Source: a virus
IMG/VR virus record: IMGVR_UViG_3300033153_008203
Coordinates: 81,070-145,069 of that record
Reading direction: 5' to 3' (one strand)
DNA: 64,000 nt
In this document: positions 49,725 through 57,045 of the stretch, one piece after another
Layout: every line of letters begins with the position of its first letter
Numbering within the stretch: the stretch's first letter is position 1
Made by a program: the position numbers and the translations under genes
The notes under the pieces: generated by a model
Told to the model about the DNA's origin: nothing
Seen by the model: the letters and a program-made list of their open reading frames with translations, nothing else
Database searches by the model: none

Positions 49725-49917
49725 CTTCCTTGTCTCCTTCTTTAAACTCTGCTTCTGGTAATGGACAATCTGATGATATTAAATCATTCATGACTGCAAA
49801 TGTTATATCTCTTAGATCTGTATCTTTAATCGACCTACACATATAGCTATTCTCGGTCAATTCATGTTGTCTTACATATGGACATACGGAACACTTAACT
49901 ATTGGTATATATCTCAT
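49714..49917 (-). CDS. small Cys-rich protein
   Basis: CSVCP...C...CPL, the same pattern as the N-terminus of 48431-48994. Confidence 0.6.
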   Translation of the reverse strand: MRYIPIVKCSVCPYVRQHELTENSYMCRSIKDTDLRDITFAVMNDLISSDCPLPEAEFKEGDKEDAE

Positions 49918-50369
49918 TAAACCTCTACTCCTATTGTATAAAATTCCATTTCTTTTTCAGTTAACGGTTCAGATTCAATCGCTCCAACAGGACCTTTTCC
50001 AAAATCTTTCATATATGGGCTTCCTGTTGCTCTGAACTTCCATATTCCATCTTTATTGGTTACAAAAGTATTTTGAACCTTAACTCCTTCTGGTTCCATC
50101 ATTAGAAAGACATCTCCTTTTTTCAAGTCCATGAAATCTACTTCTGTCATATATATTCTTGGAGGATTTGGTACGCCTTCCATTACGTACACAGGTGCTG
50201 GATTACGGTTTAATTTATATGTAGTTCTACGTTGCTGACTATCGTCTATTGTACTGTCTTTACAATCGCTACACAATTCGTATACTACTGTTTTATCTTT
50301 AGACATACATCTACACTGTGAGATTACAGTATTACAATTAGAACAACGAGTTATTTGATGGCTATGCAT
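49917..50369 (-). CDS. hypothetical protein with N-terminal Zn finger
   Basis: H...CSNC...CRC...CSDC. Confidence 0.6.
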   Translation of the reverse strand: MHSHQITRCSNCNTVISQCRCMSKDKTVVYELCSDCKDSTIDDSQQRRTTYKLNRNPAPVYVMEGVPNPPRIYMTEVDFMDLKKGDVFLMMEPEGVKVQNTFVTNKDGIWKFRATGSPYMKDFGKGPVGAIESEPLTEKEMEFYTIGVEV

Positions 50370-50371
50370 AA

Positions 50372-50794
50372 TTAACCCCAGGTCTTGTGTACTTCTGATA
50401 TGCTTTCTATACCATCATAGTCACTTATCTCGTAATCTACATTATCAGGTATATCTACAACTTTTAGTTCTGCACAGTCTCCATTGGCTTCTTTGCCAAG
50501 TGCTTCTACTACTTCTATAAGGAGAGAGTCTGTTCTTTCTAAGCCTCCTGAGTACCAATATGTATCGTCACCTGGATATTCAGAAAAACTATCCCCGTGA
50601 TCCTTGGTGTACGTACTTGTAAACATACTCGTATCATCAGACCCTACTTTCTCGTACAGCGCCTCTCCATCACTGTGCTTGTACTTAGTCTGCTTATACC
50701 TATAAAGCTTCATCTGAGACTTCTCTGCATATAGGTCTTCTGCCTTAGCACTCAAACCGAAACCGCCATAACATTTGTTTATAATTATCTTCAT
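50372..50794 (-). CDS. conserved phage hypothetical protein (CYGGFGLS family)
   Basis: MKIIINKCYGGFGLS...RTD..LIEVVEALG..ANG..AELKVVDIP...YDGIESI.E.H..W, a pattern I recognise from many phages. Function unknown. Confidence 0.75.
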   Translation of the reverse strand: MKIIINKCYGGFGLSAKAEDLYAEKSQMKLYRYKQTKYKHSDGEALYEKVGSDDTSMFTSTYTKDHGDSFSEYPGDDTYWYSGGLERTDSLLIEVVEALGKEANGDCAELKVVDIPDNVDYEISDYDGIESISEVHKTWG

Positions 50795-51123
50795 TACTTG
50801 CCTCCAATTTCCGCTGCTACTTTATATAGATCGTTAGATAAGTTACGTATACGACCACATTCATTGCCAAGATAACCACATGTACTTTGATCTATGTCAG
50901 ACCCAAACATTGTATCACTAATATTCTTAACTATATCAGAAGTCCTAATAGCCATACAACGCAACTTGTTGGCTACTTCCTTATCTCTGCTGCTTATCTC
51001 AGGACACTTATATCCTTCCCTAGGAACAACTATCATATGTACATGGGTGTAACCTGGCTCTATTTTAATGGGTAGACTATTTTTGTTTAAACGCTTTAGG
51101 TCGCGGCTATTGAATATCGTCAT
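50794..51123 (-). CDS. hypothetical protein
   Basis: 109-aa ORF coupled to its neighbours. Confidence 0.55.
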   Translation of the reverse strand: MTIFNSRDLKRLNKNSLPIKIEPGYTHVHMIVVPREGYKCPEISSRDKEVANKLRCMAIRTSDIVKNISDTMFGSDIDQSTCGYLGNECGRIRNLSNDLYKVAAEIGGK

Positions 51124-51124
51124 A

Positions 51125-51329
51125 TTATTGTCCTATATCCAATGGAACCTCATAAAAAAATAAATCCACAATTACTACACATACGCTCTATCATCTCTTC
51201 TGGTGCCGACATCCAACGCTGAGAGTTACCATCAGGCATATGAAAAAACTTTCCCTTTGGAAGAAACTTATCAGATATCTCCTCACATCTACACTTAATG
51301 CACTTCATATCTTTGCTGTACTTGTTCAT
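51125..51329 (-). CDS. small Zn-ribbon protein, probably frameshifted at a T7 run
   Basis: ATG 51329 after GAGG and a consensus promoter. CIKC...CSNCG. As written it stops at 51150; removing one T at 51154-51160 gives ...FYEVPLDIGQ* abutting the next start. Confidence 0.55.
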
Positions 51330-51356
51330 CTAATTCCTCTCTAATTGTATTACTCT

Positions 51357-51385
51357 ATTATAGCGGGGAAATTCGATTTTGTCAA
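51357..51385 (-). promoter_or_regulatory. consensus sigma70 promoter
   Basis: TTGACA-N17-TATAAT, exact match. Confidence 0.9.
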
Positions 51386-51398
51386 GTGTTTTCTTATT

Positions 51399-51818
51399 CT
51401 ATTTCCAATTATAAGTTTCTGAATTACCAAGGTGAACATTTACCCTAGCAGAAAGTACAGCAGAGCCCAAACAGCGTCTTACAGGCTCTTTCATCTCATG
51501 AACGTTACATACTATACATATACTCTCAAACGTCCTCATATGGAAGTCCTCGGGCTCTGAGAGCAGACTTATGGAGGAGTTTGTATTTCTATATATTAAG
51601 AATGTCCCATTCTGAGTTCCAATATAATCTGGAGCACTAAGACTCATAGGACGTGGCTCTGTTTCTAAGTAATGTATGACTTTATCGTATACAGTTCTTT
51701 TCTCACTAGGTAGACAAACAATTCCCACATTTTGATACTCATTAGGTGGAGCACATGATATAACCGCCTTATTCATCATTCTCGTAAATCTGTAATCTCT
51801 ATTCGGTATCTTAACCAC
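51399..51818 (-). CDS. degenerate terminase ATPase-like fragment lacking Walker A/B
   Basis: NVGIVCLPSEKRTVYDKVIHYL aligns by eye to TerL DILVVCPQKSHAQVIYDRLIELI, and NSSISLLS to NGSIIKLFT. Confidence 0.5.
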   Translation of the reverse strand: MVKIPNRDYRFTRMMNKAVISCAPPNEYQNVGIVCLPSEKRTVYDKVIHYLETEPRPMSLSAPDYIGTQNGTFLIYRNTNSSISLLSEPEDFHMRTFESICIVCNVHEMKEPVRRCLGSAVLSARVNVHLGNSETYNWK

Positions 51819-52015
51819 TATTTGACCTCATTATCAAAGATACTACACTTATAAGCACATGTATTTACTGCTGATATTATGCCGGAGCAAATATGCTCTT
51901 CCTCACAAAAAAGATAAGCATCTGAAAACACTTTCCCACTTATATCAGCATCAACACCAACGACTGATATCGAACTACCATTCTTATTCTCTACGCTTAA
52001 CCATAACCAGTACAC
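51818..52015 (-). CDS. hypothetical protein
   Basis: 65-aa ORF in the operon. Confidence 0.4.
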   Translation of the reverse strand: MYWLWLSVENKNGSSISVVGVDADISGKVFSDAYLFCEEEHICSGIISAVNTCAYKCSIFDNEVK

Positions 52016-52191
52016 TCGTGCTGAACATCTGCATCTCTTAAAGCTTCTATAATATGGTCATATGTTGTAGTCCTATCAAGAAAATAAGTAACAACCACAA
52101 TCTTTCTAACACAAGGCCAAGTGAAGTCATGTAGTATCTTCCTTAGCATTCTCTTTGCTCTATACTTTTGATTTGGTATACCGTTCTTCAT
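51997..52191 (-). CDS. hypothetical protein
   Basis: 64-aa ORF, TAATG-coupled to the mini-tube gene. Confidence 0.5.
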   Translation of the reverse strand: MKNGIPNQKYRAKRMLRKILHDFTWPCVRKIVVVTYFLDRTTTYDHIIEALRDADVQHECTGYG

Positions 52192-52550
52192 TATATAACC
52201 TTACAAGCAATACACTCGCATTCCTTAGAAGGATTGTGCCACCACGTAACACATTGTAGGTCAAACGCGTTTACTTCGCCGGGGATTATTTCTTCTCTCG
52301 CTGTAATACCATGAATAGACATTATCTTCTCATTACCATATTCATCAGAACAAGATAATATAAGATCGGATTTAAAATTAAGATCCATAGCACTAATATA
52401 TTCCTCTTCGTCTAACACAGCTATACTAGCTGTTTGACCTTCAACAGATATCGCCCTGATCTTGCCTATCTTAACGTCGCTCTGGTAAACATCCATATTT
52501 ACCCCACTGAAACCATTGAAACTAAATTCATCTGCTGTATTACTCTTCAT
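52191..52550 (-). CDS. miniature paralogue of the tail tube protein (internal hairpin deleted)
   Basis: Gap-free blocks FNGFSGVNM...IGKIRAIS vs YNSFSGVDI...IGALQGIS, and DLILSCSDEYGNEKIMSIHGI vs DVTLSAANEYGAVSVMRIYGV. SD AAGGAG. Confidence 0.8.
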   Translation of the reverse strand: MKSNTADEFSFNGFSGVNMDVYQSDVKIGKIRAISVEGQTASIAVLDEEEYISAMDLNFKSDLILSCSDEYGNEKIMSIHGITAREEIIPGEVNAFDLQCVTWWHNPSKECECIACKVI

Positions 52551-52577
52551 TTCTTTCTCCTTTAGTTTGATTATCTT

Positions 52578-52606
52578 AGTATAGCGACTTTATCTAGTTT
52601 TGTCAA
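52578..52606 (-). promoter_or_regulatory. near-consensus sigma70 promoter
   Basis: TTGACA-N17-TATACT directly upstream of 52550. Confidence 0.85.
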
Positions 52607-52609
52607 GTT

Positions 52610-53053
52610 GTTTCTATTAGTTGTTAATTTTAGGCAATACTACGCCAAGAGGCTATCGTGATAAACTAGGAAGCGAGTGATTAAACCCAATTCCATTTAC
52701 TTAGCCTCTAATAGATAAAATATATACTAACAGTTGTAAGAAAGAAAATATTTACTCGGATGTAGATTTTTTTTGCAAGTGTCCCACCACTTTCTAGTAT
52801 CACGATGAAGCATCCTCATATCTATCTTGACTACTGCTCTAGTCTAACAGGGGTCGCTCTTCCACGGCATGGCTAGTGTTGTTCCGTTTCGAGGAGATGT
52901 TAATTCAACTCCTAAACCCTATTCTCCTTCTCTTGTAACAAGTTATCACTTCTTTCATATAGCTATAATCAATAACTTAAGTAAGTCATCGATCTGTATT
53001 ACTGATAAGCCCAATGTAGGAGAAACTGTTTAAAACTACATTACTTTAATCAT
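52610..53053 (-). ncRNA. candidate ~450-nt structured non-coding RNA
   Basis: Lies downstream of a consensus promoter. The longest ATG-ORF I found is about 30 codons, with no good SD. Several hairpins, e.g. AGAGGCTA/TAGCCTCT and GACTA/TAGTC. Confidence 0.35.
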
Positions 53054-53059
53054 TACTCT

Positions 53060-53088
53060 ATTATAGCGGGGGATTTTGTTTTTGTCAA
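53060..53088 (-). promoter_or_regulatory. consensus sigma70 promoter
   Basis: TTGACA-N17-TATAAT. Shares CCCCGCTATAATAGAGTAA with the promoter at 51357. Confidence 0.9.
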
Positions 53089-53746
53089 GCTTTTTCTTGT
53101 TTTTTCATAAAGAAATATAACTTTTCAATATCTTCAAAAGATCCATTATTCTTCATTTGATTGGCTTTACAAGAAATAACCTGAACATTTTTAGGAACGT
53201 AGCCAATTGAGTTGTCTATTCTGTCTAAGGTTGGACTATTATCTCTAGGGCCCGAAACACCAGTCCTACTTGAAAAAATTTTAATCCCTAGTATCGGGCA
53301 TACGTCTGGAATGATAACATGCTCTTCTAATATTGAGAATTCAAGCCCATTGGTCTTGGCTCTATGCTTTGCGCCTTTAAGCATTTTATAGGCCCTGTTT
53401 TTTCTCTGTGCTTTAAAGATAGAGACTCGTAATGCTCAAGATCTTTTTCTCTATGCTTTTTTGCTAAAGCGTTTGAGCATTCTTTGCATTTAGTTTGCTT
53501 CCCATGTTTTCCTCTTTTTAGCTTTGCGAATAAATCGAGTGTTTTAGTTTTTTTGCAACCTGTGCATTTCTTATGGGTAGGTATTTGTTCTTTTGGTTTA
53601 TTTTTCTTCTTTTTCTTACGATATTGCTTTTGATACTCTTCAAGACATTTTTTACATGTGTATTGAAGCTTGTCTTTACTGTTGCTATTAAAACTGAATC
53701 CGCTTATGTCTTTGTCTTGTTTGCATATATTACAATGTTTAGTCAT
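53085..53746 (-). pseudogene. Zn-finger/HNH-type homing endonuclease split by a -1 frameshift
   Basis: CxxC repeats in 53327-53746 and nuclease PTLDRIDNSIGYVPKNVQVISCKANQMKN in 53085-53384. One extra A in the run at 53398-53403 fuses them (HREKNRAYKMLKGAKHRAK). Confidence 0.75.
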
Positions 53747-53768
53747 TTTAATCCTTCTTGTTGTTATT

Positions 53769-53777
53769 AGTATAACA
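53769..53777 (-). promoter_or_regulatory. extended -10 promoter of the HNH gene (TGTTATACT)
   Basis: TGnTATACT about 23 nt upstream of ATG 53746. Confidence 0.5.
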
Positions 53778-54021
53778 CACTTTAAAGAAAAAATGACTAA
53801 AAAATAAAATAAATCTAATAGGAAGGCTTGGTACAGGAAATAATATCCCGCCGCTACATATGTACGTGTAACGACGAGAAAGACTCTAAAATAGGTAAAT
53901 TGAACTGAAAAATTTCTGAAAATTAATAAACAGTGATTGCTAGGTGATTCATAGTGATTAACGGATGTTTGACTGTAAACTGCTCACAGTCCCTGTACGT
54001 AGTACAGTGGCGCGAAGTGAA

Positions 54022-54317
54022 TCATAAACCGTATGGATCAACATCTGTTGCTGTAAATTTGTAAGTTGCACCTTCATCATTAAACATGTCCACTTGTATT
54101 TTGCATCCTGTTATGATTCTTTTCCTGATACAATGCACGTGTTTTTATCAAGTGCAATTTTATTACCATCACAACGCTTATATGGAACTAAAAAAGAACC
54201 TGAAATTTCTTTTGTGATTTTCGTAGGTGATGTAGTTAGTGATACTGTCTTTTTTACATTCATTTTAAAGTCGTCTATGTCAACTGATAATGGTCCGTTT
54301 GCTACAAATGATTTCAT
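54022..54317 (-). CDS. mini tube-like protein, frameshifted at an A4 run
   Basis: Paralogue of 54317-54577 (GP..DI.D, ISGSFLV). Adding one A at 54120-54123 restores GKRIITGCKI...YKFTATDV, matching the paralogue C-terminus. Confidence 0.6.
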
Positions 54318-54577
54318 TATGACTCCTTTTCTAATCCTTGTGCTATAAATTCAAACTCTGTGCCATATAACTTGATGTCTCTCGAAGTAATACGACATTC
54401 TGTGATAAGCCATCTATTTCCATGTACACAATCTATAATTGTGAATTCACTTGCCATATTCAAGTCTTTAGCATAGATTTTTACTAAAAATGATCCCGCG
54501 ATTAATGCATCGTCTGTTACGGTTGTTTCTAAGTCTTCTATGTCTAGCGCATCGGGGCCTTTTACTAAGATTGTCAT
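54317..54577 (-). CDS. mini tube-like protein
   Basis: Start moved to 54577 (SD GAGGAG, downstream of the promoter). IAGSFLV...ITECRI...FEFIAQ resembles tube strands IAGSLIF and YTFIARD. Confidence 0.55.
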   Translation of the reverse strand: MTILVKGPDALDIEDLETTVTDDALIAGSFLVKIYAKDLNMASEFTIIDCVHGNRWLITECRITSRDIKLYGTEFEFIAQGLEKES

Positions 54578-54602
54578 ACTATACTCCTCTAAGCGTATGT
54601 AT

Positions 54603-54631
54603 ATTATAACAAGTGTTCGCCGATTTGTCAA
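54603..54631 (-). promoter_or_regulatory. consensus sigma70 promoter with extended -10
   Basis: TTGACA-N17-TATAAT with TG at -15/-14. Confidence 0.9.
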
Positions 54632-54638
54632 GGGAAAT

Positions 54639-55037
54639 CTAGTGTTTAGTCCTCTTTCTTCCACCTTTATCCATGGCTTTTGTTACTGAGTCTACTAGGC
54701 CATTAGAACAGAATGGTTTCTCGATGTAATCACATACTCCTCTTGCCAGTAAGCAAGTCTTACTCGCTGTTCCTGTCGCTGTAAGCACAACTATTGGTAT
54801 ATCGTTTATTGCATTCATTAATGCAGTCTTTTTTACAAAAGTGCAACCATCCATTCCTGGCATTTTAAGATCAAGAAGTATTGCGTCTAAATTCTCATTA
54901 TGTGCAATCTCTATTGCTTCTTCTGCAGTATTTGTAGTGAGGACATTAAATCCTTTAGTCTCAAATAAGAATTTAAGCATTGCTAGTATTTGATCATCAT
55001 CGTCAACTATTAACAGTGTGCTGTCTTCTTCAATCAT
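54639..55037 (-). CDS. stand-alone CheY-like response regulator receiver domain
   Basis: LLIVDDD, ILLDLKMPGMDG (phospho-acceptor Asp), VVLTA and YIEKPF. Start moved to 55037 (SD AGGAG). Confidence 0.92.
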   Translation of the reverse strand: MIEEDSTLLIVDDDDQILAMLKFLFETKGFNVLTTNTAEEAIEIAHNENLDAILLDLKMPGMDGCTFVKKTALMNAINDIPIVVLTATGTASKTCLLARGVCDYIEKPFCSNGLVDSVTKAMDKGGRKRTKH

Positions 55038-55146
55038 CTGTATTCTCCTGGTTTGAATTGTACTCATAAGCAAGGTGCAAGTCATAGATGTAGAGCGATA
55101 TTTAATATAAAAAGATTATTGGAAGATAATGCTAAACTATGTACGA

Positions 55147-56264
55147 TTAACCAGGTATGAAGGTATTCCCTTTGTGTTCGTTTTTAGTTGCCGTGATTAT
55201 CTGCAAGTTGTTTTCAACGTGTAATCCGCAAACCAATGGATGATGCATTGGTACGATATGATCGACATGAAAAGATACGTACCCAGCCTCTTTGTTTAGC
55301 CTACGCATCTCTCTGTAGATGAGTCTTATTGCTGTTGTGTCTCCCCCCAAGCTACTTTTGCTTCTTTGTGTCTACGTTTAATGCTTACTTTGTTCTCTTT
55401 TTTTCATGCTCTATGACGCTTTCTATAGTCGTCTTTGTTGTCTTGGTAGTGTTGAGATCGTTTCTTTCTTGTGCAATCTGTGCAGTAGTAGCTTAGGTGA
55501 TCTGGAGACTGATAGTTTATATAAAACTCTTTAAAGGTTTTTTCTGTGTTGCAGTGCTTGCACAGTTTTGTTTTATCAGTAAGGATTAGCGTGTCATATA
55601 GTGTTCTTATGGCTGGTTTATCGATTTTCAATGTATGTCGTTTTCTTTCTTCTTGAGTTGATACTGCTTTACATGAAGAACAATATTTGTTTCTGCCTTT
55701 ATTCAAGACTATATTGGTGCATTCTTTGTTTTTACATTGCCTGGTTGTAGGCACTAATAGCCTATCTGTATTTGTTTTGTATTTTTTTCTTGTTCTTCTC
55801 TTTTCTCTAACTATATCTGAACAATCAAAACACCAATATTGTTTTCCTCTATCTGTGTCTTTTAGTAATGAAAAGTGTCTTTTGGCTTTCATTTGTTTGC
55901 AAGAGTAACATTTTATTTTAGGTCTACGTTTTATGTCTGGGTTTAGCACGCCTTTTCTGTGTCTTATCGCTGCGTTGACGCAGTCCCGACATCTGCTATG
56001 AAATCCAGACTGCTCATGCTTAACAATCTCAAACAACTCTATTGGCTTTTCTATTTTACATTTAGTGCATACTTTAGATATTAAATCTACTGAATCATAG
56101 GTTAAATCTTTATTTTTTTTCTTATATTCCTCTCTTTTTTGTTTTGCATATTTAACGTTACACTCTTTGCACCACCATTCGCGTCCAGTCTTATTTTTTT
56201 CTGAACGCTTTCTGTTACCAAATTCTAATTTACCTTTATTAATCTTGCATCTTGGGCACACCAT
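55147..56264 (-). pseudogene. Zn-finger-repeat HNH endonuclease disrupted by TGA and a frameshift
   Basis: Multiple CxxC repeats (55404-56264), in-frame TGA at 55404-55406, G6 run at 55343-55348, then HVDHIVPM....VCGLHVENNLQII....N..K.N. Confidence 0.75.
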
Positions 56265-56313
56265 CGCTGTCTCCTTAAAATTAGTTCCAATATAACTATT
56301 ATGTTATATATGC

Positions 56314-56322
56314 ATTATAACA
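56314..56322 (-). promoter_or_regulatory. extended -10 promoter (TGTTATAAT)
   Basis: TGnTATAAT upstream of ATG 56264 (SD AAGGAG). Confidence 0.55.
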
Positions 56323-56515
56323 CATTGTTAACACTAAAATACCTAAAAATAAGTATATAATTTTATAGTTCAATCCTACTGTTTTTCAGTATCAATCGTT
56401 TTGGAGTCTATAGATTTATATAGTGATTATGGTGTTCGGCAAGCGAGGCCCGGCCTTCGCTGAGAGAGGTTGAACATGGCAATTAAGCCTAAACGTAAAC
56501 GATGGAGGTAGAGAG

Positions 56516-56743
56516 ATGAAGAAGATAATAGAAGTAAAAGACAGCAAAGACTTTGAGTGTCCTGAGTGTAGTGGCGACATGCTAGATGATGGTACTACTA
56601 CGCACTGTACTGTGTGTTGTCAAGTATTCAAGAGTAAGGACTTGATTGCAGTGGACACCATCTATGTCATGGAGGACAGTGACATGATCAAGGATGATAG
56701 TGGGATAGGCTATGAGCTACGTGAGCTCTTAGCTAAGATGTAA
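56516..56743 (+). CDS. small Zn-ribbon protein
   Basis: CPEC...CTVC, SD GGAGGT. First gene after the strand switch. Confidence 0.65.
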   Translation: MKKIIEVKDSKDFECPECSGDMLDDGTTTHCTVCCQVFKSKDLIAVDTIYVMEDSDMIKDDSGIGYELRELLAKM

Positions 56744-56771
56744 GTTAACCATAATGAACAAGGAGAGAGTC

Positions 56772-57014
56772 ATGAAGAGAATCATAGTGAGAGTACCAGC
56801 TACACCTAAGAACAATGCAGTATCAGTAGATGTAGTACGCATGGCATACAATGCACTAACAGGTGATCCTACTACTAGGCTCACTAGTAAGACAGTACAG
56901 CCTACTGATATACAGGCATGGATAGATGCTGAGATGTGCACATGTGTAGATGTAGACAGTGTACGTGTAGCAATGCTTGAGCTTAGACGTGTACCTGGTG
57001 TATGTGTAGCATAA
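56772..57014 (+). CDS. hypothetical protein
   Basis: Start moved to the ATG at 56772 after AAGGAG. Confidence 0.6.
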   Translation: MKRIIVRVPATPKNNAVSVDVVRMAYNALTGDPTTRLTSKTVQPTDIQAWIDAEMCTCVDVDSVRVAMLELRRVPGVCVA

Positions 57015-57045
57015 CGCTAACCTTAACTAGAGAGGAGAGAGTACA

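Noticed and set aside
45106-55406. Genome-wide TGA-to-Trp recoding
   Set aside because: TGA serves as a normal stop with ATGA coupling (45963, 47204, 62757), and long genes translate fully in code 11 using TGG.
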